Shown: positions 23,195 to 35,271 of the stretch, in pieces
How the letters are laid out: every line of letters starts with the position of its first letter
Numbering within the stretch: the stretch's first letter is position 1
Source: Eledone cirrhosa
Lineage: Eukaryota
Reading direction: 5' to 3'
Assembly (NCBI GenBank): GCA_964016885.1
Contig: OZ024741.1
Coordinates: 311,426,001 to 311,490,000 of the forward strand
Length of the DNA: 64,000 nt
Program-made: the position numbers and the translations under genes
The notes under the pieces: generated by a model
What the model was told of the DNA's origin: nothing
Databases searched by the model: none
The model's input: the letters and a program-made list of their open reading frames with translations, nothing else

Positions 23195-26100
23195 ATAATC
23201 ATAATGATTTCTTTATTGACCACAAGAGCTGACTTAAAGAAAAATATTACAGACGGTACAGGACGGTACAATGTGGGTTTTGGGCGTGTAAAGATTTTTA
23301 TTATTTATATAAGAAAAGAAAAAAAAGATATAGAAACGTATATATATAAAAAAAATAAAAATGAAAATTGAAACAATGAAAAATTCCCTAATAGAGGGGA
23401 AAGCTCCGAGGGTCATTTGTGGCGAAAACCACACAAAAGACCACGGCCACCCTGACCACCAGGGCAAGCTCCCTCTCTCAATTTTTCCATTTCTCAAACT
23501 ACAGGCGCATATTCTGAGCGGTCCCGTTCACTCGGACCATTCTCGCTACATTCACCCACCTTTCAACAAACATGCTAGAAGGCAGCACTTCCCTCTCCAC
23601 CCTGATTTTCCTCTTCAAGTTAATTAGAGATCCGCCGAAGAGGAAAGTGTGTGTCTTTAACACTTTCAACCTTGGCCACCACACTATCTCTTTCGCTATG
23701 GCCACCAGGCAGATGAAAACCGCTTGCCCTTCCTCCTCAAAGGAAGACGGCGAGACCATCTGCACAATGGACTCAGTGGATAACCGGATTAGTCCTACAC
23801 GCGACAGCAAATGTTTGACATAGCTCCACAATCTCAGCAATGCTCGGGCACTGAACGAGTGCGTGCACGACGGTTTCGTCGCTCTGCGCGCATCTTGGAC
23901 AGGCTCAGCTGACGGTACTTCCGTGCCTGTAAAGCTTATCTCGAACCGTCAAGCTACCCGGTAGCACTCTCAGGCCAGGGATTTTTGGAAGTTATCCATA
24001 GGGCCTGGGCTGAAAGTTCTTTGGAAGTGAGCAAACAGCTGATCTTCTTCGACGCCCAGGATCTCTCCGAGAACGTCGTCGCTCTTCCCATCTACTTGTC
24101 CTCTATAGAACGCCCAGGTAGATGTTCCACCGATACTGGTGTCCAGCTGTCAGATGGCGGTGAGCGCTTCGAGACATTCCAGTTTCCAAGCGCTATCCCT
24201 CGCTCATTTCCTGACCCAGAACTGCAGCTCCGTCAAGGAGACGAGCTGTGGGAAAACGTGCCTGGCGAACGGCGAGCACACCTGTTCACCGTCAAGGAAG
24301 CTACAGAGATGTCGAAGCGTCAGCGCATGTTTGCGCATCATCAGCCATAGCATGCCCAGTCCTGCACGCAACGGGTGTTGACAGCAGATAATCGTCTGAA
24401 CATGGGAGCGCCTCCCTTCCACAAAAAGCGGAAGAAGAGGTGCTCCATTTTGGTGAGAGTTGGGACGGGGCAAGTGACAACGGTAACAGATGACGGATGC
24501 GATGTACGCATTCGCCACCTCCACCAGGCCTTTCAGGGACAACTTCCTCTCGACCAATTTCTGGGTGAGGGAGGCCACCCTGCTCGTCACCTCGGTACAG
24601 TTTATATCCATCTGGACGTCTGGTCCGAACAAGACCCCGAGCAATTTAAGCGGTCCGTCCGTCCAACGCCCCACGACGCTGTCGGACGGCATGGACTTGC
24701 CTCTCCACGTGCCGAGCTCCAAGCCGACTGATTTTCCTGGTTTATCTTTGCTTCTGTCACCACTTCATATTCCTTGAGAGAGGTGACGAGCATCTGGACG
24801 TCTGTTGCTCGACACAACCAATTTGACGTCGACGGCGTAAGCCGACTCGGATTTCCTGCATCCTAGTTAATGTGGGACGCCCCTTATCGCCCTCAGTTTG
24901 TGCAGTAACGGCTCAAGAGCTAATACGTATACGAGGGACGAGAGGGGACAACCCTGGCGAACCAAGCCCATGATGCTGAACGACTGCGACGGTGATGTTT
25001 CAGCCTCACAACTGAGAAGATGTCGCTGTACATCGCAGCGATCCAACCGCTGAAAACGGTCCCGAAACCGGCTGCCTCGAGGACCGCCGCCAGGTACCGA
25101 TGGTCGACGCTATTGAAGGCTTTGGATTGATCCAAGTTAATCAGGGCTGCACCCGTACCAGGTTTCTTAACCACCCTCTTTACGATGTATCGCATGAGGT
25201 GGAGGTTGTTGTGTATGGATCTGTCGGGAATGGCACATGTCTGCACCTCTCCCACCAGACCCTCGACGACAAGCGCCAAACTCGTTGCTAACACCTTGGC
25301 CAAAATTTTAACTCTGCGTTTAGCAGAGTTATGGGGCTGAAGTTATCGATAACATCCCCCTTGCTCGGGCCTTTTCTCAGCAAGCCCACCGCTCCCCGGC
25401 TCACAAAACTGGGAATGCTCCCGTTCTGTTGCCAGTTGCAGTAGACCTCTGCCAAGAGATTACCGAACAATTCTGGCATAAATGCATAAAGCTCGTAGGG
25501 CAGACCAACCAAACCTGGCGATTTACCCATCGCTTCCCGCATTTCACCGACTCTTATTGGCTTTTCGCAACACTGTGCTGCGGTCGTCCAGAGCCGAGGC
25601 AGTCCGTCGAGGTATGATTTGATGTTCATACTCCGATCCGGCCTGCCGTCCCCTCCGAACATTTCAGCAACGTGCTGTTGAAAAGCCTCACACATCTGCT
25701 CGGGTTCGAGTAACAGGCACCCTTTTTGGTCAGACAAAGACCGAATTGTGGTCTAGATGCCACGTCGCGCCTCTGCCACCTGGGCCCAATGGACAGCTTT
25801 CATCCCCTCGTGTTTCAAGAGCACGCACTCTAGCTCTGATAAGGCAGCCTTCATGTTTGGCGATGCCTGTCCTAAACACCTCTTCTAGCTTTCTGATTAG
25901 CTCTCCCCCTACTCTATTTTCCTCTATCAATGCACCTTTGCTAAACCTAATCGACTCTACTTTAATTGCTCTTTTCAGGGCAAACCACAAAATGTTGTTG
26001 ACGATCGCACCCGTCAATGCACGCTTAACTAATTCGCTAATCCGGTCTCTGTAAGCTTTGCGCACCGGGAACGACGCATTCAGCTTCCAGTAGCCGGACA

Positions 26101-28960
26101 CTTGCCTATGAATTCTATCTAAGTCAACTTCACAGATCACAAATTTGTGGTCCGTGTAGTCGACTACTTTAAATTGGGGTCAACCTACACTAGCCTTATA
26201 TGTTACCCTACAGAATACCCTATCTAAATACGATCTGGATGAGCCGATTCGGTTTGCCCATGTCCACATTGGCACATTCGGATAATCCAGTCTATACCTG
26301 TCAGACAGTTCAAAACGTCTGAACAGGTTGTTGAGGCTTTTACACCCTACGGCCCTGTCTACTAATCCCAGTGTGCATCTAAGATACCGTTCCAGTCGCC
26401 GACTAACACAAAAGAACAGGGCGTTCCAAGAAAGGTCTCTAGACGCCTGAAGAAATCTGGCCGCCCTGGCCCTATTGGGGCGTAGACGGCTACTAGCCTG
26501 AAAGCATTGCCTTCGCTGCCGGTCACGTCCAGTATCACCGACTTACCTTCTAGGTCCAGGAAGATGGCCCGTAAGGCGAGATCCAAGCCACTACAAAAAA
26601 GCACTGCCACCCCTCCCCCCGAAACTGGACGGCTAGGAGATGCGTATACATCGTAACCGCCGAAGATTGGTGCGAAGGCTCGTGCTTCGGAGATTCTGGT
26701 GTCGCTGATGGCCACCACATCTATTTTTAGTGACCTGACGTCGTTGTGCTGGTGACCCTGCTTCCATGATGGCCCCAGGCCACGTACGTTTATACTGCCT
26801 ATTCTAAGTACGGCCATGTTGGATCAGTAACGAGGCAAGAGAGAAAGCATCGCTTACCATAATCGTGTGGTGAAGGGACAGTAGAACCATCCCTTTGGCT
26901 GGTAATGGATGTTTCCAAAAGGATGTCAGTGTATATCCTCTTGGTAACCGACCCTCTGAAGTCTCCAACTGCGTAGGGGAATTTTTGTTTTAAAAGTTTG
27001 TACTGTTCTATTTTGATTTCAATGATGCTTATGTTTGTCGGAAGAGTTCTTGGTGTTGGTGGGGTGTAGTAGTTTTTTTCTGTGATGTCTGTGTTCTGCT
27101 TTATATGTTGTATGACTTATTTATTTGCCAGGTTTATGGTTGTGTACTTTTTGGGGGGAGGGGTGAATTTGTTGCTGTTTTCTTGTTGTTGCTGTTGGGT
27201 GTGGGTGTTTTGTTGTGTTTGCGATGGTGTTTTTGGTGATGCTGGTGGTGGTGTGGTTGTTGTTGGTGGTGATGCTTGTGGTGGTGATGGCAATGGTGGT
27301 GGTGTTGCTCCAAGTCTCCTTGCAGCCTTTACTCCTCTGTGTCTGCCTTCACTTTTGGAGGGTGACGCTAAGGGGTTTTTCCTACTTTGTTTTTTGTGGA
27401 AGATCGTTTGCCTCTTCCCTCCCGCCTCATACTCTATGTCAGATTCCCTGCTGTCTGGGAGGGGTATGAGCTCCACTGCTGTTGGTGGTGATAGTGGAGC
27501 CTGCTCCGGCGATTTTGCCGCCGGTGTGGCTACTGCGATTGTTGGTGTTGCCGCCACTGCTGCGCTGCTTTAGTTGTCCCTGGCCTTAGTATGGGTGCCA
27601 CGGACGTTGCCTTCCTACTCACCATAGAAGGGTCGTCTGCCTCTTTTGACTGCCCTGCTCTATGTAGTAGAGGATCAGGCGTCGGAAGGAGGGGGGGGGG
27701 TGCTCTTCTTGGGTGTCTTCTGCAGATGGCCCTGAGGTGAACCTTCTACCCCCAGAGATAGCATTTTGAGCGCCTTCCTTTCAAGCTCATAGGGAGTTGG
27801 AGCCTTTCTTCGAGGTTTATGATGTATGAGATGGCCTCGATGCACTCCTTTTCAGTCTGTTTAGCATTTGCATGCCTATTCCTGACCAGTTCTCTCTTCC
27901 CACTCTCTGTATTTGCAGTATGGTGGTCTTCTCCTCGACTACAGACAGCACAGTCACGGCCAGTCAAGGTATGGCCACGTCGGGCGGGACCTGGATCATT
28001 TTGGCCCTCACAATTTACTGTCCGCATTAGGAGGGCACCAAGACTATCTCCTCACTCTTTAGGGTTTCCAAAGAGTGATACTTCACCTATTGGGGGTGCC
28101 AAAAAGTATGTCTACTGTGGCGTACATTTTGCCTCGGGCGATGTGGGTTTTGCGCGCCCAGACGCACCCCAAGGCCTTTTGGATTTAAGCCTCCGTGGCT
28201 CTCTCTACCCAATGTGACATTTTGTTTACGGTGCGGTAAGTCACCGTGCGCAGCTGCTGGTCTTTGAAGAAATCGGGTGGAGGTTTCAGGGAAACTCAAT
28301 TGTCGTTTCTCGACTCCATGGCTCTTGCGACTACCATCTCCTCCTCCGTGACTAGCACTGTCTCTATATTTCGGGCCACACCTATGAAAGAAATGGCCCC
28401 TTTTTCAGCGGCACCATTATTGCTGCCGGTACTGCTGCTACTGGTCTTGTTACTGATGCTGTTGGTGTTGCTACTGCTACAAACGTTGTTGTTGCTGTTG
28501 TTGCTGTTATCACTGTTGTAGTTGGTTGTGTTTCTGGTGCCACTGTTGTTGTTGTTTTTGGTGCAATTTGTATTGTTGCTGTTGGTGTTGTTGTTTAGTT
28601 TCTTGTTAGTGGTGTCAATATCGTTTTTGCATTTGTTGTGATTTTTTTCTGTTGTCTGTATTTTGGTTGACGCTGTTATTGTTGTAGTTGGTGTGGTAAT
28701 TTTTTCAAAATTAGTGTTCTCAGTGTTGTCTTTGTTCAGGTTGTTTGTGGTGGTGTCACTATCCCTCCTCTCAACTTTTACCCCGTTGTCAGACGGGCTC
28801 AGCCATGTTTTTTTTTTAAAACAATTTTGTTTAAAAAGTAAGATGTTAAAATATTTGGGCCAAAAGGCCCAAATATTATACTTTCGAATTCACAGGGCAA
28901 AGTCTAAGGGTTTATATTCCTTATACAACAAAAAATATTTAACAACAAATTATTTTAACA
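23195..28960 (-). mobile_element. Tx1/L1-like LINE T2, near full length, degraded
   Basis: Thr/Pro-rich ORF1 at about 28520-26850. ORF2 runs from 26817 (GSINVRGL, VYAP, GDWN) through SPG..GLP, PITLLN, LDQSKAF, RQGCPLS to a CxxC..ET..H..C knuckle and the C-terminus at 23499; (ATT)n-like tail. Confidence 0.92.
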
Positions 28961-29012
28961 GGAAAATAAAGCGACTTACTGGAAGCGAGCAAAAAGCGTC
29001 CGAACAGACCGA

Positions 29013-29144
29013 TAATAATAATAATAATAATTGTTTCTAAGTTAGGCACAAGGCCAGCAAATTACCCAGTGCATTACTGGTACTTTATTTTATCGACCAC
29101 GTAAGGATGAAAGGCAAAGTCAACCTCGGCGGGATTTGAATTCA
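29013..29144 (-). mobile_element. tRNA-derived SINE, 5'-truncated, (ATT)n tail
   Basis: GGCACAAGGCCAGC...GGATGAAAGGCAAAGTCAACCTCGGCGGGATTTGAA, as in the other copies. Confidence 0.85.
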
Positions 29145-29149
29145 CATCT

Positions 29150-30157
29150 TTTCGCAGCTCATTTCTTTGACTGAGCTGCAGTCCTGGGTCAAGAAGAGGC
29201 AGAGACTGGGTGACTGGCACCTGGCATGTTGCGAGGCACTCACTGCCCTCTACCAAGCGGGCAATGCGATCAGTGGAACTTCCACTCTCGAGTTCTATAG
29301 AGGATTAGTGGTGGGAGAGTGCGTTGACGCACTCTGAGAAGCTTTGGGCCTCGACGAAGTCGAACTGACCAGTCTGTACCGGAGGACGTTTGAGCCGGGG
29401 ACGATGGACAATTTCCAGAAATCCCTCACTTGGCAGTGCTACCGGGGGGCTCTGCCGGTTCGGGATAAACTCTACAGGCACGGAAGTGCTGTCAGACGGA
29501 CCTGCCCAATGCGCACAGAACGACAAAACCGTTCTGCACGCACTTGTCCAATGTCTGTGCATTACTGACTTGTGGAGTTATGTCGAACAGCTACTGTCGC
29601 GTGTGGAACGAATTCGACTATCGGCCGAGTCCACAGTGAAGATTGACACCACCTTCCTTAGGTCAGGAAGAGCAGGAAATTTTCCTCTGTCTGGTTGCAG
29701 TTGCGAAAGAGGTTATATGGTGGACCAGGTTAAAAGGACTGAAGGCAGGCACTTTTCTCTTCGGCCAATCCCTCATCAACTTCTTCAAGTTTCACCTGGA
29801 AAGGAAGGTGAGGGTGGAGAGAGAAGTGCTGCCCCCCAGTACATTTGCTAAAAGGTGGGTGAATGTGGCGAGAATGGCTTGTGTGAATGGACCTACTCTG
29901 ACCATGCGCCTATAGGCTAGCTAACTTGAGGAGAGGGGTGCTCTCCCTGGGTGCCCTAGAAATGCAGGGTGGTTTAGAATTTATTTTGTTATATAAATGC
30001 AGAGTTTATTTTATATTTTTATATCTTCATTTTTAAATTAGTCTTGTCATTGTGCACTTTTACTCGACCTTATTGTAAACCCCTACTATCCCTATCTTTG
30101 TATTGTCCCCTACATGCTGGCCCTTGTGGCTAATAAATGAAATCATTATTATTATTA
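29150..30157 (+). mobile_element. Tx1-like LINE T3a: inverted 3' kilobase (zinc knuckle, 3' UTR, tail)
   Basis: QLISLTELQSWVKKR, MDNFQKSLTWQCYRGALPVRDKL, RWVNVARM; tail GAAATCATTATTATT. Confidence 0.88.
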
Positions 30158-32170
30158 AAAGGCCGGTCTGATAAACGGCGACAACACCTGTTCACCGTTG
30201 AGGCAGAATATCTGGAGATGTCGCAGCCTCAACGCATATCTGCGCATCATTAGCCACGGAATGCCCAGCGCTCCGCGTAGAGGATGCTGGCAGCAGATGG
30301 ACCCTCTCACGAACGGAATTCGTCCCCTTCACAAGAATGTGAAGATGAGCCGTTCCAACTTGACGAGGCGCGGACGCGGGCAAGGCACGACGGTCAGGCG
30401 GTTGTAGATGACGGACGCGATGTACGCATTCGCCACCTCCGTGCGACCTTTCAGTGATAGCTTCCTCCCAGCCCATTTTTGGGTGAGACTGGCTACTCTG
30501 CTCGTTACCTCGTCCCAATTCTTTTCCACCTGGAGGTCTGGTCCGAACCAAATCCAGAGCAATTTTACCGGTCCGTCCGTCCAGCGCCCCATGACGCTGT
30601 TGGACGGCATGGGCTTGCCTCTCCAGGTTCCGAGCTGCAAGCCCACTGACTATTCCGGGTTAAGTTTGGCTCCTGTCAACCTTTCATATTCCTTCAATAA
30701 GTTGCCGACCACCTCGATTTCTGAGGTGTTCGACACCATCACGGTGAGGTCGTCCGCCTAAGCCGACACCGCCTTTCCACGTCCCGGTTCGAGCGGGATG
30801 CCCTGCAACAGCTACAGCTTCCGCAGTAAAGGCTCGAGAGTCAATACGTACAGAAGAGAAGAGAGAGGGCACCCTAGACGGATCGATCGGGAGAGCCGAA
30901 ATGGTTCCGAGAGGTGGCCATTAACCTTGACCACCGAACGTGTGCCGCCGTGCATTGCAGCGATCCAGCTTCTGAAGACAGGGCCGACGCCAGCTGCTCT
31001 GAGGACAAACTCCAGATACCGATGGTCGACCCTACGAATGCTTTCGATTGATCTAAATTGATCAGTGCCCCACCGAAGCCAGGTTTACACCCAACCCTCT
31101 CTATGATGTATCGCATGAGATGGAAATTGTGGCGTATGGACCTGGCTGGGATTGCGCAAGTTTGCGCCTCCCCAAACAAATCCTCGACAAGCGCCAATCT
31201 CTTTGCTAACATTTGGCCAAAATCTTAAACTCTGTGTTGAGCAGAGTTATGGGCCTAAAGTTGTCTAATGTATCCCTCTTGTTCTCGTCTTTCCTTATCA
31301 GCGTCACCACTCCCCTGCTCACAGAACTGGGAATACTCCCATTTTGCTGACAGTTGCAGTAGAGTGCATCAAGGAGATCGGAGAACAAGTCTGGCATATT
31401 TACGTAAAGCTCGTAGGGCAGGCCATTCAAACCGGGTGACTTGCGATTCATGCAGCCGAAAAGGGCGTCCTGAATTTCGGCTGAACTAATCAGCCTTTCG
31501 CAGCGCTCAGCGTCGACCGTCGAGATGCGCGGCAAGCCGTCAAGGTAGGGACTGAAATCCGCTACTCTCTCTGACTCGCCACTCTCCACGAACAACCGAG
31601 CAAAGTGCTGGCGAAAGGCCTCACATATCCGCTTGGAATCGCTTATCTCGTGTCCGTCTCGGTTCGCCAAAGACCGAATTGTGGTTTTATTACCACGCTG
31701 CCCCACCGCCACGCGGGCCCAATCGAACAGCATTGGTTCCCTCGTTTCTCAGCGCACGCGCCTTGACTCTGACAATACAATCTTCGTGTTTCGCATTGAA
31801 GAAATGGTCCAATGCCATTCTCGCCGCTAGCACGTCAGTTGCAATGCCACTACAAATAGCCTCGTCTAACATATCTACCAGCTTCCCCTCCTTTCTATTT
31901 ATTTCTAACGTTAGTTCTTTGCTGAACTCAATCGAAGTTACTCTAATCTCTCTTTTGAGAACCCCCACCATCTGTTGTTGATGATCCCCCCTGTCAACTT
32001 TTGCTTAACTAAATTGTTGACTCGGTCCCTGTAAGCCTGACTTGCCAAAATGACATATGCAGCTTCCAGTAACCCGGTTCTAACCTACGCGTTTTATCTA
32101 GGTCGACCGTATAGATCACAAATTTGTGATCTGAATAGGCGACCGTTTTAAAAAGTGGGCAGCGCACACC
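30158..32170 (-). mobile_element. Tx1-like LINE T3b: end of EN through RT
   Basis: KSPGLNGLPYE, FRPITLLNTEFKILAK, LDQSKAF, (Y)ADD-like motif at about 30750, LSLKGR.EVAN. Confidence 0.88.
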
Positions 32171-32174
32171 ATGG

Positions 32175-34750
32175 TTTCTTTATGGACCATAAGGGTTAAC
32201 ATGTATAAAAACTTTACAGATGGCACAGTGCGATACACGTCGATACAAAGTTGGTTTTGGTCGTGTAAAAAAGGTTATAACAAGAAGATAGAAATATCAA
32301 AATATTCCCTAATAGGGTCACTCGTGGCGAAAACCACACAAAAGACCAAGGCCACCCTGACCTCTCTCAGTTTTCCACTCCTCGGTCTACATGCGCATAC
32401 TCAGAGCGGGCCCATTCACTCGGACCAGACTCGCCACTTTCACCCACCTTTCAACAAATATATTTGAAGACAGCACTTGTCTCCCCACCCTGATTTTCCT
32501 CTACAAGTGAAATTTGAAAAAAAAGTTAATCAGAGATTCGCCGAAGAGTAAAGTGTCCGTCTTCAATCCTTTCAACCTTGTCCACCATACAATCTCTTTC
32601 GCCATGGACAACCAGGCAAATGAAAACTGCCTGCCCTTCCTCCTCCTTAAATGAGGATGGCGGTGGCGGGGCTATCTGCACAATGCACTCAGTCGATAAC
32701 CGGATCCATCCTACACGTGACACCAAATGTTCAACATGGCACCACAAGTCAGCAATGCTCGGACACGGAACGAGTGCGTGCACAACTGTTTCGTCGTTCT
32801 GTGCGCATCTCGGACAGGTTCATGTGACGACATTTCCGTGCCTGTAGAGCTTATCTCGAACCGACAATCTCACCGGTAGAACTGCCAGGCCAGCGATTTA
32901 TGGATTTGCCCATAGGCCCAGGGCTGAACGTTCTCTTCAAGACAGCGAACAGCTGATCTTCTTCGACGCCCAGAACGTCGTCACTCTTCCTCTCCACTAG
33001 TCCTCTAAAGAACGCCGAGGTGGATGTTCCACCGATACTAGTGCCCAGCTGGTAGAAGCTTGGAGACATTTCGGCTTCCAAGCACTATCCCTCGGTCTTT
33101 TTATGATCCAGGATTGCAGCTCCGTTAATGAGACAGGCTGGGGAAAAACATGTCTGGCAAACGATGACCACACCTGTTCACCGTCAAGGAAGCACCAAAG
33201 ATGTCGCAGCCACAGCGCGTGTTTGCGCATCATCAGCCTCGGCATGTCCAGCTCTCCACGCAACGGGTGTTGACAGCAGATGGATCCTCTCAGCATGGGA
33301 GCACGTCCCTTCCATAAAAAGCGGAAGAGGAGGCACTCCATTTTTGTCAGATTTGGTCTGGGGCAAGGCACAACGGTTAGGCGGTAGCAGATAACGGATT
33401 TGATGAACGAATTCGCCACCTCTGCCCGAACTTTCAGGGACATCTTCCTCTCAGCCCATTTCTGGGTGAGAGAGGCCACCCTGTTCGCCACCTTGCTCCA
33501 GTTTTTCTCCATCTGGAGATCCGGACCGAACCAGGCCCCGAGCAATGTAACCGATCCTTCCGCCCAGCACCCCACGGCGCTGTCTTACGACATGGACTTG
33601 CCTCTCCAGGTGCCGAGCTGCAAACCACCGACTTTTCCTGGTTTAACTTTGCTCCTGTCACTGATTCATATTCCTTGAGAGCGCTGCCGAGCATCTGGAC
33701 ATGTCCGGTTTTTGACACCACAACGGTGACGTAGTGGGCGCAATCCGATACGGATCTCCCACATCCCAGTTAGCGTAGGACGTGTCTCATCGCCTCCAAA
33801 TTTGCAGTAATGGCTCTAGGGCCAATACGTTCAAGAGTGACGAGAGGGGACAGCCCTGACGGACCGAGCGCATGATGCTGAACGGCTGTGACAGATGAAC
33901 GTTCACCTTCACAACTGAGGAGATGTAGCTGTGCATCGCAGCGGTCCAACACCTGGAAATGGACCCGAAACCTGCCGCCTGGAAGACCGCCGCCAGGTAC
34001 CGATGGTCGACCCTATCAAATGCCTTAGATTGATCTAAGCTAAACCGGTCCACACCCGTGTCAGGCTTTTTTAACCACCCTCTCTATGGTGTATCGCATG
34101 AGGTGGAGGTTGTCGTGGATGGATCTGTCTGGAATGTCGCATGTCTGCGCCTCTCCTACCACACTACCGCCGACAAGCGCTAATCTCCTTGCTAACACCT
34201 TGGCTAAGATTTTGAAGACTGTTTAACAGAGTTATAGGCCTGAAGTTGTCTATAACATCCCTTTTGTTCGGGGCTTTTCTCAACAGCGCCACCGCACCCC
34301 CGATCACAAAACCTGGAATGCTCCTGTTCTGCTGCCAGTTGCAGTAGACATTTGCCAAGAGGTCACGGAACAAGTCTGGCATGTACGCATAAAGCTCGAA
34401 GGGCAGACCATACAAGCCTGGCGTTTTACCCTCGTGCAGTCAGACATAGCTTACTGTATTTCACTATTATCGGCTTCCCGTAATTCGCTGTTATCGGCTT
34501 TTCGCAATACTGCACTGCGGACGTCGAGAGCTGCGGCAGTCCCTCGAGGTATGCACTGAAGTTCATGCTCCGATCCGGTTCGACGCGCTGCCAAACAGTT
34601 GAGCAAAGTACTGCTGAAAAGCCTCACACATCTGCTCCTGTTCGAGTAACATGTGCCCATTTTGGTCAGGCAAGGATTGAATTGTGGCTTTGTTGCCACG
34701 TCGTGCCGCCACTACCCGAGCCTATTGGACAGCTTTTGTCCCCTCTTGTC
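32175..34750 (-). mobile_element. Tx1-like LINE T4, 5'-truncated
   Basis: RPITLLN, LDQSKAFDRVDH, VRQGCPLS, C-terminal knuckle; 3' end CCCTTATGGTCCATAAAGAAA. Confidence 0.88.
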
Positions 34751-34751
34751 T

Positions 34752-35270
34752 CAGAGCACTTCTATGCCTGTAGAGTTTATCCCGAAGTGGCATGGCTCCT
34801 CGGTAGCCATGCCATGCCGGGGATTTCTGGAAGTTGTCTATGGGCCCCGGCCCGAAAGATCTCCCGAAAAGATTTGGTTTTCGTCGACGCCTAGATTCGC
34901 CCCAACGACGTCGTTACTCTTTCCATCCAATAATCCTCTATAGAACGCCAAGATGGAGTTTCCAGCGATGTTATTGCTCGACTGGTAGAGGGCTGTAAGC
35001 GCCTGGTGACATTCCAGCCTCCAAACGTTTTCTCTCGCTCTTCGCTGGACCCAGGACTGCAGCTCTGCCGAGGAGACAAGCTGGGGAAAGACGCGTCTAG
35101 CAAACGGCGACCACACCTGACAACCGTCGAGGAAGAGGTGGAGTTGTCGTAGCCTGAGCACATGTCGGCGAATCGTCAACCACGGCATGCCCAGCTCTCC
35201 ACATAGCGGGTGTTGACAGCAGATGGACAGCCTAACCATCGGAGCACGTCCCTTCCACAAAAAGCGAAAG
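34752..35270 (-). mobile_element. Tx1-like LINE fragment T5 (post-RT region)
   Basis: FRFLWKGRAPMVR..CCQHP..GELGMP, WSPFARRVFPQL. Confidence 0.8.
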
Positions 35271-35271
35271 A

